Shown here: one piece after another, positions 18,404 to 27,246 of the stretch
Layout: every line of letters starts with the position of its first letter
How positions within the stretch are numbered: the first letter of the stretch is position 1
Origin: Actinomycetes bacterium
GTDB taxonomy: Bacteria > Actinomycetota > Acidimicrobiia > Acidimicrobiales > JAMCPL01
Assembly: GCA_021841005.1 (NCBI GenBank)
Contig: JAKBVZ010000035.1
Coordinates: 143,557 to 207,556 of the forward strand
Direction: 5' to 3'
DNA: 64,000 nucleotides
Program-made: the position numbers and the translations under genes
The notes under the pieces: model-generated
Databases searched by the model: none
Told to the model about the DNA's origin: nothing
The model's input: the letters and a program-made list of their open reading frames with translations, nothing else

Positions 18404-18640
18404 TCAGTCTTCTTCGATGAAGATGCACTCTCCAGGACATTCCTCTGATGCTTCACGAACGGCGTCTTCCAGATCCGAGGCCACCGACACTATGCCGGCT
18501 TGACCGCCCGGATCATTCATCACATTGTCACCGTCTTTCACGTATGCCAGCCCGTCGTCCAGTAGAGTGAAGACGGCCGGGCAAATTTCTTCGCACAACC
18601 CGTCGCCTGTACAGAGATCCTGATCTATCCAAACTTTCAA
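18404..18640 (-). CDS. Small single-cluster ferredoxin (actinobacterial Fdx type)
   Basis: KVWIDQDLCTGDGLCEEICP...ECPGECI Cys pattern. TTG 18640 follows a GGAAGGAGGA SD. The longer ORF-track N-terminus was rejected. Confidence 0.8.
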   Translation of the reverse strand: MKVWIDQDLCTGDGLCEEICPAVFTLLDDGLAYVKDGDNVMNDPGGQAGIVSVASDLEDAVREASEECPGECIFIEED

Positions 18641-18747
18641 ACTAAGAATCCTCCTTCCTGATCGGCCGCACGCAGCAATTGCACGCAACTAAAGTCACAG
18701 CCACTGATATCAAGCATAGCCATGATCTCTACCGAACTAATTTCTAG

Positions 18748-18767
18748 TATAATGTAAAAATATTATA
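18748..18767. promoter_or_regulatory. Back-to-back -10 elements in the AT-rich ferredoxin/arc divergent region
   Basis: TATAAT on the plus strand at 18748-18753. On the minus strand, TGgTATAAT (extended -10) has its hexamer at 18762-18767. No TSS data. Confidence 0.3.
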
Positions 18768-18945
18768 CCATGCTTGCTGTCTTTCTTGGACTACACTCTA
18801 TGATATGACATTGGTTCGGCTGCGTTCAACTGCGAGCGGGCGCAAAGTGGGTGCTGGTGATGCAACACATTACGGTCGGTGGGTATAGCATGTTGGCTGC
18901 TGAGTCCAGTGAGCGATGACTGTCGTATGACTGTAGGAGGTCGCC

Positions 18946-20712
18946 ATGACGCCAGATAATCAGAGTGATAACCAGCGAGAATCCATTTCGGACGATGTAG
19001 CCCGGCTCAAGCGGCGGCTGTCGGATGCCGAAGACGAGTTGTCATTCCTTCGCAGGCACGCGGGTGATGGTGCCGAAGGTTTCAAGGCACTTGAAGAGAG
19101 GCTGCTCGAAACCAGGGCACAGCTTGCCCAGGCAAACTCCCGTAACGAGAAGCTTATTTTTGCCTTGCAGCAGGCGAAGGAGCATGTCGAATCGTTGCGC
19201 GAGGAAGTGGCGAAGCTTGCTCAGCCGCCATGTGGCTATGGGACGTTTATCCAGGCCAACGATGACGGTACGGTCGACGTGCTGACCGGTGGGCGGAAGA
19301 TGCGTGTTGCAGTGCATCCGGATGTCGACATAACCGCACTTTCCAAAGGTCAGGAGGTGTTGCTCAACGAATCTTATGCCGTATTGCTGGCAAAGGAACC
19401 GGAGAGTTCGGGCGAGGTTGTCACGCTGAAGGAAGTAATGGATGACAGGAAGCGGGCAATCGTCTATGCCAGGGCAGACGAGGAACGGGTAGTCGAGCTT
19501 GCGAACGACCTAGAGGGTGTCAAATTGCGGTCTGGGGACACCCTACTCATGGAGCCCAAGGGCATGCTGGTGGTGGAGCGCCTGCCTCGCCCGGAAGTGG
19601 AGGAATTGGTACTCGAAGAGGTCCCCAATGTGACCTACAACGACGTGGGAGGGCTGGATTCCCAGATAGAAGCCATCATGGATGCTGTAGAGTTGCCCTA
19701 CCTGTACAGGAAGCTTTTCAATGACTACAAGCTCCCTGCCCCAAAGGGCATCCTGCTGTACGGTCCGCCTGGATGTGGCAAGACGCTGATTGCGAAGGCC
19801 GTGGCCAATTCTTTGGCGCACAAGGTCGCGGAAGTCACTGGGAACAGCGAAGCGCGCAGCTATTTTCTCAATATCAAGGGACCCGAATTGCTCAACAAGT
19901 ACGTGGGTGAGACGGAAAGGCAGCTGAGGCTCGTGTTCGAGCGGGCACGGGAGAAGGCAGATGAGGGAGTGCCGGTCATCGTATTCTTCGATGAGATGGA
20001 TTCACTTTTCCGTACCAGAGGCACCGGTATAAGTTCTGATGTGGAGTCCACCATCGTGCCCCAGCTGCTTGCCGAAATCGATGGGGTCGAGGCGCTCAAG
20101 GACGTGATAGTGATCGGCGCATCCAACCGCGAAGATCTGATCGATCCTGCCATCCTAAGACCGGGCCGGCTCGACGTGAAGATCAAGATCGAACGCCCGG
20201 ACGAGGTTGCTGCTGCCCAGATATTCTCCAGGTACCTCACTCCCGATCTTCCGATAGACAGCAAAGAGGTGGAGTTGGCCGGTGGTGGCGATCCATCCAA
20301 GGCGGTCAACGCCATGATAGATGCAGCTGTAAGCCAGATGTACGCTTCAGGAGAGGACAATCGTTTCCTTGAGGTCACTTACCAGAATGGTGATAAGGAG
20401 GTGCTCTACTTCAAGGATTTTGCCTCGGGTGCCATGATAGAAAACGTCGTCCGGCGAGCTAAGAAGGCTGCGATCAAGCGTCAGATCGCCAATGAGAGTG
20501 TGGGGATCAAGTCAGAGGATTTGATCGCCTCCATCCACCAGGAGTACAAGGAAAATGAAGACTTGCCCAATACCACCAACCCCGACGATTGGGCCAAGAT
20601 CTCTGGGAAGAAGGGCGAGAGGATCGTATATGTCAGGACGCTGGTTTCCGACCACAATGAGACCAAGGGGGGTAGGTCTATAGAGAAGGTGGGTACCGGG
20701 CAGTATCTCTAG
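18946..20712 (+). CDS. arc: Proteasome-associated AAA ATPase Arc/Mpa
   Basis: N-terminal coiled coil, OB region, Walker [18 protein letters not shown] Walker B, and the C-terminal GQYL proteasome-docking motif. Confidence 0.92.
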   Translation: MTPDNQSDNQRESISDDVARLKRRLSDAEDELSFLRRHAGDGAEGFKALEERLLETRAQLAQANSRNEKLIFALQQAKEHVESLREEVAKLAQPPCGYGTFIQANDDGTVDVLTGGRKMRVAVHPDVDITALSKGQEVLLNESYAVLLAKEPESSGEVVTLKEVMDDRKRAIVYARADEERVVELANDLEGVKLRSGDTLLMEPKGMLVVERLPRPEVEELVLEEVPNVTYNDVGGLDSQIEAIMDAVELPYLYRKLFNDYKLPAPKGILLYGPPGCGKTLIAKAVANSLAHKVAEVTGNSEARSYFLNIKGPELLNKYVGETERQLRLVFERAREKADEGVPVIVFFDEMDSLFRTRGTGISSDVESTIVPQLLAEIDGVEALKDVIVIGASNREDLIDPAILRPGRLDVKIKIERPDEVAAAQIFSRYLTPDLPIDSKEVELAGGGDPSKAVNAMIDAAVSQMYASGEDNRFLEVTYQNGDKEVLYFKDFASGAMIENVVRRAKKAAIKRQIANESVGIKSEDLIASIHQEYKENEDLPNTTNPDDWAKISGKKGERIVYVRTLVSDHNETKGGRSIEKVGTGQYL

Positions 20713-20888
20713 CAGTGAACGTCACCACTGTCCAGAGGTGCCACAAGGCGGGCTATCACCTCGTATATCAATAATATTAGCAACTGCCATCTATTGTGTC
20801 GCAGTGGATCTAGCCGCCCTGATGGCTGGACTCGAGTCATCATAAGGGCTGGCAGCATGGTGATATAGTATGGTGATACGATAGCTAG

Positions 20889-22262
20889 CTACGTTACAGT
20901 AGCAGCATTCATGCGGCCTTGGGTCCGCAACAGCCTGACTGTTTTCACAGAAAGGTTGGTCGCCGTGACTATACCGGCAGCGGCAAGAAACGCGCCTCCA
21001 GCGGCGATTGCCCATGAGGATGACAGTGAGAATCCTCCAACCAGAGTAGCGATACCTGCGGTGGTGCACAGGTAGGTCACCGCGGCAAGGTGATGGTTGT
21101 AGAGGTCGGAGAACATGATCTGTTTTCCTTGGGGGCTGGTTGTTATCCCATGTGATCTCAGATTCGACCACGATATAAAGGGGACGACCTTGTATGCGTG
21201 GCCCGCAATGGCCGTGAGCAGCCAGCCTGCTGTTGCAGCTACTGCACCAGCCATCAGAGCCATGCCGCTGGTGCGGTCGTTCTCCATCAGCAAGGCGGCT
21301 CCGAGTGCCAGAAGTACGCCGCATACAATCCACGCAGCGGATGTAACCACAAATACAAGGTGTAGGTCGGCCTTGCGCCGTCTGTGCCTGATATGGGTAA
21401 CGAGAGATCTCAAGTGCGCACCAAGACCCGTAGCGAGTATGGCTGCACCAGGCAGCGAAAGCCAGGCAATCGAGAATCCCAGACCCAGTGCAAGGACCAG
21501 GGAACCCACAGAGAAGCCATATATCGCTACCGTTCCCGCAATATGTTTGCCAGGCACATGCGCAAGAAAGAACATGGGCCAGAGCTTTTGACTGACGGCG
21601 ATGTAAGTGAGTCCCAGCCATCCGAACAGTCCGGTGACCGCCATTGCCAGGTCGACATGCCCGGGCATCTGGAACCAGTTGCCTTGGCGGTTGAAGACGA
21701 AGGTGACTCCGAGCAGAGTGGTTACTACAGCGCCAGCCAGGGAGAGGCGTAATCCTGCAACTGCCACCCCCTTGCCTTTGACCGATAGTGCCGGAATTAG
21801 ATTGATGCAGATGAGCGCCATCCCGGCTGCGGCGAGTATTCCACTTGTTATTACGATGCCCAGCTGTTCTGTGGCAACGCCGAGAGGGAGCATCCACGAT
21901 GCAGCCAGCCATACAGCGAAAGATATCCAGGAGAGGCAAATCGAGCGCAAGGGACGGCCAGTGATCACTGGAACGAACTGGTGCATCGATCCCAGAATGC
22001 CTACCGAGAGGGTGGCCAGCATGCCAAAGTGCGTGGCAGCCACTATTGGGTCGGCGGTGGGATCGAGCACCCCAATATGGCGTGCCCAGATAAGCGAAGC
22101 TCCGGTGGCTACGAGACCGAGAGATGATGCAGCAAGAAAGCTTAGTGGCAATGATGGCGGTGGTACCGCTCCGGGTACTCCCGCTGGGCGCTTCGACCAT
22201 GTAGCAGATGGTTCGCTCGTGGCATGTTCCCGTCTGCTCTTGTTGCGTTGGGTGAGTATCAT
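20889..22262 (-). CDS. Polytopic integral membrane protein (12 or more predicted TM segments), family uncertain (possibly NnrS-like)
   Basis: Long hydrophobic ORF with conserved-looking His motifs (THFGML...GSMHQFVPVITGRPL; AGHAYKVVPFISW). Divergent from a DUF2249 gene. Confidence 0.7.
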   Translation of the reverse strand: MILTQRNKSRREHATSEPSATWSKRPAGVPGAVPPPSLPLSFLAASSLGLVATGASLIWARHIGVLDPTADPIVAATHFGMLATLSVGILGSMHQFVPVITGRPLRSICLSWISFAVWLAASWMLPLGVATEQLGIVITSGILAAAGMALICINLIPALSVKGKGVAVAGLRLSLAGAVVTTLLGVTFVFNRQGNWFQMPGHVDLAMAVTGLFGWLGLTYIAVSQKLWPMFFLAHVPGKHIAGTVAIYGFSVGSLVLALGLGFSIAWLSLPGAAILATGLGAHLRSLVTHIRHRRRKADLHLVFVVTSAAWIVCGVLLALGAALLMENDRTSGMALMAGAVAATAGWLLTAIAGHAYKVVPFISWSNLRSHGITTSPQGKQIMFSDLYNHHLAAVTYLCTTAGIATLVGGFSLSSSWAIAAGGAFLAAAGIVTATNLSVKTVRLLRTQGRMNAATVT

Positions 22263-22425
22263 TGCTAAAATTATAGCCTATACTAGAAAATTATGCAATG
22301 CCGTGTCGTTATCGCTGCGGATGGCGTCAAGTCTTGAATGTTCGAATACATTTGGGCATGTTGTGGCCGGGATGTAAGGTGATGGTTTTACGGCAGTTGG
22401 AGGCTGGAATACATAGGAGGTTTGT

Positions 22426-22647
22426 ATGGCTACCTTAGATGTTCGACCGATCATTGTGGCTGGAGGTGAGCCGTTCGATACGATTATGGAGGCTGTTGCC
22501 ACTCTCGAAAATGAGGAAGAGTTGACTATCGTGGCTCCCTTCGAGCCTGTTCCGCTGGAGGGAGTGCTATCCTCTCAGGGCTTCACCTACAAAGCGGTCA
22601 ACATGGGCGGTGGCGATTGGCAGGTGATTTTCAGGAGGCAGCCATGA
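22426..22647 (+). CDS. DUF2249 domain protein
   Basis: LDVRPIIVAGGEPFDTIMEAV...LTIVAPFEPVPL pattern typical of the TusA-like DUF2249. ATGA overlap with the next gene. Confidence 0.7.
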   Translation: MATLDVRPIIVAGGEPFDTIMEAVATLENEEELTIVAPFEPVPLEGVLSSQGFTYKAVNMGGGDWQVIFRRQP

Positions 22648-22970
22648 CCGGGGAGGAAGGTGACCGCAGGACATTGGATGTGGTGTGGGAAGCTCTCAGG
22701 GACGTATACGATCCAGAGCTTTGCCTGGATATAGTGTCACTGGGCCTTGTCTACGGCGTGTACATGGAGAACAACAAGGTTATCATCGAGATGACCCTTA
22801 CTACGCCAGGTTGTCCTGCGTCAGAGAGTTTTCCTGAGATCGCGGCATCGTCGGTCAAGGATGTGGCTGGGATATCGGATGTGGAGATCAGGCTTGTGTG
22901 GGACCCACCATGGAATCCGAGCATGATGGACGAGGAGTCGGCTAGGTTGTTAGGCTTCGGAGTACGATGA
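22644..22970 (+). CDS. DUF59/MIP18 (SufT/PaaD-like) Fe-S assembly family protein
   Basis: VWEALRDVYDPELCLDIVSLGLVY...MTLTTPGCP...WDPPWNPSMM motifs. Confidence 0.8.
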   Translation: MTGEEGDRRTLDVVWEALRDVYDPELCLDIVSLGLVYGVYMENNKVIIEMTLTTPGCPASESFPEIAASSVKDVAGISDVEIRLVWDPPWNPSMMDEESARLLGFGVR

Positions 22971-23075
22971 TCACATGCGGGACATGCATATGACACTTCT
23001 GCAGCTGATGGCAGGCAATGGCCGTTTCATGATGTATCCCATGAAGCGCAACAGGCACTTACGGGCCATGTTGCC

Positions 23076-23447
23076 GTGAAGGTCGGATCGTTCGAGGTCG
23101 TCCGTGTCTATGACGATCCGGGCAGGACTAGCGAAGAGTACAGGATACTTGCCGATAGACTCTGGCCACGAGGTATCGCCAAGGTGACATTGGATTTCGA
23201 TGAATGGGTGAAGGATGTCGCTCCCAGTACGGAGTTGCGCCGGTGGTACGGACATGATCCAGGTCGATACGAGGAGTTTGCCATGCGATACAGGCGTGAG
23301 TTGAGCGTCCAGCCTGCTGCAAACGAGGTGCAACGTCTACGGAACATTGCCGCCAGCAAGAAGCTGGTCGTTCTTACTGCAACAAGAGATGTCGACATTT
23401 CAGGCGCTCGGGTTCTCTGCGATGTCCTGGTGTCATCGGAAGGCTGA
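23076..23447 (+). CDS. DUF488 (YeaO-like) protein
   Basis: RILADRLWPRGIAK...WVKDVAPSTELRRWYGHDP...EFAMRYRREL pattern. Confidence 0.75.
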   Translation: MKVGSFEVVRVYDDPGRTSEEYRILADRLWPRGIAKVTLDFDEWVKDVAPSTELRRWYGHDPGRYEEFAMRYRRELSVQPAANEVQRLRNIAASKKLVVLTATRDVDISGARVLCDVLVSSEG

Positions 23448-23456
23448 GCGGCCTGT

Positions 23457-24008
23457 ATGTCTACTTCGAGTAATATTGGTGTAGTGGATACCCTGGCGAT
23501 ACGGATCTATGGTGATGTGGTGCTACGCAAGCATGCAGCGGAGGTCACGGACGTGGATGGGAATCTTGTGCATCTGGCAGAGGCGATGATCCGTGTCATG
23601 CACGAGGCACCCGGTGTCGGGCTTGCTGCGCCCCAGGTAGGTGTTTCCAAACGGATATTCACTTACGACATTGGAGACGATTCCGCAGGTGCTTCCAGCA
23701 TGAGCGACAAGCACCAAGGGGTGATCATCAATCCGGTAATCGAGGATGCCAGGGGGGAATGGACCTACGAGGAAGGCTGTCTTTCGGTGCCAGGACTGTC
23801 GTGGTGGATTACCCGCCCGAAGGAAATCCATGTGACCGGATACGATCTCAGCGGGAATCACGTGTCGATAGAGGCTGACGAACTGTTTGCGCGAGTGCTG
23901 CTTCACGAGATAGATCATCTTGATGGCGTACTGCTGATGGACCGCCTTGACCAGGATCAACGAAAAGCGGCCATGAAAGCGGTGAGGGAGAAGTTTATGC
24001 CTGGCTGA
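23457..24008 (+). CDS. def: Peptide deformylase
   Basis: GVGLAAPQVG, EGCLSVPG, and HEIDHLDG metal-binding motifs. Confidence 0.92.
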   Translation: MSTSSNIGVVDTLAIRIYGDVVLRKHAAEVTDVDGNLVHLAEAMIRVMHEAPGVGLAAPQVGVSKRIFTYDIGDDSAGASSMSDKHQGVIINPVIEDARGEWTYEEGCLSVPGLSWWITRPKEIHVTGYDLSGNHVSIEADELFARVLLHEIDHLDGVLLMDRLDQDQRKAAMKAVREKFMPG

Positions 24009-24110
24009 TGCCTGGCTTATGCCGTGCAGGTAAGCACGGGCTGGATGTGCAAGTTACCATAGCCAAAGACGGCTAATCCAGCATTTCCAGCACCTGGCAG
24101 GTCAATAAAT

Positions 24111-24350
24111 TCAGGCGTTCTTCTTCTTGGCGTGCATGACGAGCCGTAATACCACTGCGATTACGGCGACTACCAGCAGTACCTTGACACCAAACATCAA
24201 TATGCCCGCAAGCGCATTTACTATCCAGAGCACAGCCGCTATTACAACGATGGCTCCACCTCCTATCAGTACCGCATCTACCGCCATGTGCCTCGTTGCC
24301 GGATGTCTCTCATTTGTTGACATGATTGCTCCTTTTGCTCGCTCGGACAT
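24111..24350 (-). CDS. Small two-TM membrane protein, hypothetical
   Basis: 79-aa ORF with two long hydrophobic helices and a KKKNA C-terminus. No family recognised. Confidence 0.5.
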   Translation of the reverse strand: MSERAKGAIMSTNERHPATRHMAVDAVLIGGGAIVVIAAVLWIVNALAGILMFGVKVLLVVAVIAVVLRLVMHAKKKNA

Positions 24351-24602
24351 ATCTTACATCTGGGTAGCAGGCTATTATCGTCACGAGCCGCTCCACTGAG
24401 CGTTATCCGTGAATACGTTGAAAGTTAGCGCCGCCCGCCCGAATAGGCGATTCACCTCCCGTATCCAGGCGAGAACAGCCTCGCCCAGATCGGTAGAGTA
24501 GTATTGAGTGCTGAGTAGTAAGGGCTGAGTGCTGAGGGCTGGACACGGAGCATTGAGCGCTTGGCACTGAGTGAAAATACTGATCGGAGCAAGGAGGTAT
24601 GT

Positions 24603-25589
24603 TTGGCAAAGCTGATCTTTCTGGGTTCTCCCAGTGCGGCTGTGCCATCGTTGGATGCTCTGGTAGGAGCTGGCCACGAGGTGGTGCTTGTCGTGACTCG
24701 TGAAGACAAGCGCCGGGGCCGGGGAAACGTCCCGGCTCCTACTCCAGTCAAGGAAAGGGCCGTCGAACTGGGGTTGCCTGTAAGTCATCGGCTGGAAGAC
24801 GTGCTTGACGTGCAGGCTGACCTTGGGGTGGTGGTGGCGTATGGCCGCATCATCCCAGCTGCGTTGCTGCAGAGGTTGCTCTTCCTGAATGTTCATTTCT
24901 CGCTGCTTCCTCGCTGGCGTGGCGCTGCACCTGTCGAAAGAGCGATCCTGGCAGGCGATCGATCCAGCGGTGTATGCATCATGCGATTGGCTGAAGGCCT
25001 GGATACAGGTCCGCTGTATGCTTGCGTGGAGATCGCCGTGGATGATGATGAAACCTGTTTCGCTCTGACCGACCGTCTGGCTCACCTGGGAGCGGATCTG
25101 CTGACCAGATTGCTTTCTGGGAACGTAGCGGGCCTGCCGGAGCCGGTGGAGCAACAGGGTGAACCGGTGTATGCGAGGAAGCTGGAGCCAGGGGATCTGA
25201 AAATAGACTGGAGATCGCAATCCATCGCAATATGCAGGCAGGTAAGGCTGGAGAAAGCCTGGACCACTTTCAGGGGACGGAGGATTATCATAAAAGAAGT
25301 GGAAGCGGTATCGCACGGCAATCGGGCCGGCAGTGAGCGGTCACTTGGTGATCGGATACCTGCCGGTTGGGCATCCGCCAGCCGGTTATCTACCGGTTTT
25401 ACGGGTGACAGTCGGGGAGTTCCTGAGCAAAGCGGGCTTCTCGAGGTTCGCAATGGCGTTCCCGTAGTAGCTACAGGTGATGGAGAGCTGGTATTGAAGA
25501 CAGTGCGGCCAGAGGGGCGACGCGAGACAAGCGGCAAGGATTGGGTAAGAGGAGCGCGGATAAGTGGGCAGGAGAGGTTTGGTGGCTGA
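24603..25589 (+). CDS. fmt: Methionyl-tRNA formyltransferase
   Basis: LIFLGSPSAAVPSLDAL..., NVHFSLLPRWRGAAPVERAI motif. TTG 24603 lies 5 nt after an AAGGAGG SD. Confidence 0.88.
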   Translation: MAKLIFLGSPSAAVPSLDALVGAGHEVVLVVTREDKRRGRGNVPAPTPVKERAVELGLPVSHRLEDVLDVQADLGVVVAYGRIIPAALLQRLLFLNVHFSLLPRWRGAAPVERAILAGDRSSGVCIMRLAEGLDTGPLYACVEIAVDDDETCFALTDRLAHLGADLLTRLLSGNVAGLPEPVEQQGEPVYARKLEPGDLKIDWRSQSIAICRQVRLEKAWTTFRGRRIIIKEVEAVSHGNRAGSERSLGDRIPAGWASASRLSTGFTGDSRGVPEQSGLLEVRNGVPVVATGDGELVLKTVRPEGRRETSGKDWVRGARISGQERFGG

Positions 25590-26262
25590 CTCTCGAGATA
25601 TTTGCCTGGCACCCTCTATACTGTCTGCCGATTTCTCGTTCCTTGGCGAAGCGGTACGGTCGGTGGAACAATCGGCTAGTTGGATACATGTCGATGTGAT
25701 GGATGGCCATTTTGTTCCCACCATCACCATGGGCCCCCTTGCTGTCCAGTCGCTGGCCAGGCTTACTGGCGTACCCATCGAGTGCCATCTGATGATCGAC
25801 AATCCTTGGGCGATCATGCCACAATTTGCCCAGGCAGGAGCTGCACGTTGTACTGTCCATGTGGAAACTGGCCGGACGGCTGAACTTGCTGGCATGGCTA
25901 GGACATTGGGCATCTCCATGGGAGTGGCGCTCAATCCGGAGACTCCTGCAGCGGAAATATATCCATATCTCGATAGTGTCGATCTGGTACTGGTGATGAC
26001 GGTCAATCCGGGTTTCGGCGGCCAGCAGTTCATGCCGGAAGTGCTCCCGAAGCTGGCCGAGATCTCATCGCGTGTTTCAGAGATGGGCCTGGAAATTGAT
26101 GTGGAGGTGGATGGTGGCATAGGGCCTGGCACGGTAGGTCAGGTGGTTGCTGCCGGCGCTAATATCCTGGTGGCTGGCTCGGCGATTTTTTCTGCAGGTA
26201 CCTCGCCGGCTGCGGCGGCGGAAAAGCTGATTCGAGTAGCCAGGGATGCCGGTATGAGGTAG
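25582..26262 (+). CDS. rpe: Ribulose-phosphate 3-epimerase
   Basis: LAPSILSADFSFLGE...IHVDVMDGHFVP...VMTVNPGFGGQ...DGG motifs. GTG 25582 follows GGAGAGG. GTG 25564 is an alternative. Confidence 0.88.
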   Translation: MADSRDICLAPSILSADFSFLGEAVRSVEQSASWIHVDVMDGHFVPTITMGPLAVQSLARLTGVPIECHLMIDNPWAIMPQFAQAGAARCTVHVETGRTAELAGMARTLGISMGVALNPETPAAEIYPYLDSVDLVLVMTVNPGFGGQQFMPEVLPKLAEISSRVSEMGLEIDVEVDGGIGPGTVGQVVAAGANILVAGSAIFSAGTSPAAAAEKLIRVARDAGMR

Positions 26263-26272
26263 ACTGCTTTCC

Positions 26273-26662
26273 ATGGAAGTACCCGAGAATCTGCGTTATA
26301 CAAGTGAACATGAGTGGGTGGACCTTGCCGGTGGCAATGCCAGGGTAGGCATAACGGATTATGCACAGGATGCCTTGGGCGATGTTGTGTACGTGGATCT
26401 TCCCACCGCAGGTAAGGCATTTCAGGCCAACGAAGTGTTCGGCGAGATCGAATCGACTAAGTCTGTCTCCGAGTTGTATACGCCACTGAGCGGGAAAATC
26501 GTGGAGATCAATGGGGCGCTTACCGATCATCCCGAATTGGTAAACAGTGATCCTTACGGAGAGGGGTGGTTGTGCGTGTTTGAAGTCGATGATGCCGACG
26601 AATATGACGGGTTGCTGAGTGCATCAGCATATCGCGATATTGTATCATCCGAGGAAAGTTGA
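26273..26662 (+). CDS. gcvH: Glycine cleavage system protein H
   Basis: YTSEHEWV...GITDYAQDALGDVVYVDLP...GEIESTKSVSELY lipoyl-lysine region. Confidence 0.9.
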   Translation: MEVPENLRYTSEHEWVDLAGGNARVGITDYAQDALGDVVYVDLPTAGKAFQANEVFGEIESTKSVSELYTPLSGKIVEINGALTDHPELVNSDPYGEGWLCVFEVDDADEYDGLLSASAYRDIVSSEES

Positions 26663-26736
26663 GCGTACGATATGTGCAGCATGCCTGCGCATGGCGGCAT
26701 TCAAGCGATAGCCTGATCGAGATGGGGGTAAGGTAA

Positions 26737-27246
26737 TTGAGCGTGTACTGTCCCAGCTGTGGCCACAGGAACCCGAGAGGTTCGAGCTTCTGCTCATCGT
26801 GCGGGTCTGCCCTCATCGAGGAATCTTCTGAGGCGACAATAGCCATTGTACCAGTGGAGGGACATGACGACGGGGTGGAAGACGAGTGGATCGCTGATTT
26901 TGATTCGAGTGGTTCAACCGGTCCTATGCTGCTTGTCAGGCGGGGACCTAATGCTGGTGTCCGGTATGTCCTTGACAAAGATGTGGTCAAGGTCGGCAGG
27001 CATCCGGACAGTGATATATTCTTGGATGACATCACGGTTTCGAGGAGGCATGCAGAGATCAGGAGGGAGGGTCGAAGTTTGGCGGTGGTCAAGGACGTCG
27101 GATCGCTAAATGGGACTTACGTGAATAGGGAGCGGGTGGATGAAGCCGTGCTCGAGGCTGGGGATGAGCTCCAGATAGGGAAGTTCAGGCTGGTATATGT
27201 AGCGGATCGAGGCAAGGAGGGAGGCGATGATGCAGATGAAGCGTGA
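26737..27246 (+). CDS. FHA-domain protein with N-terminal zinc ribbon (GarA/OdhI position)
   Basis: CPSCGHRNPRGSSFCSSCG ribbon. FHA core is VGRHPDSDIFLDDITVSRRHAEI...GSLNGTYVN. Sits directly after gcvH as in other actinobacteria. Confidence 0.85.
   Translation: MSVYCPSCGHRNPRGSSFCSSCGSALIEESSEATIAIVPVEGHDDGVEDEWIADFDSSGSTGPMLLVRRGPNAGVRYVLDKDVVKVGRHPDSDIFLDDITVSRRHAEIRREGRSLAVVKDVGSLNGTYVNRERVDEAVLEAGDELQIGKFRLVYVADRGKEGGDDADEA

Noticed and set aside
20791-22200. 469-aa minus-strand ORF overlapping the 457-aa membrane-protein ORF in another frame
   Set aside because: Arg/Ser/Cys/His-rich, non-protein-like composition typical of an out-of-frame shadow in GC-rich DNA. The alternative frame (20889..22262) gives a coherent polytopic membrane protein.
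24381-25316. 311-aa ORF antisense to fmt
   Set aside because: Shadow ORF. The fmt motifs on the plus strand are unambiguous.
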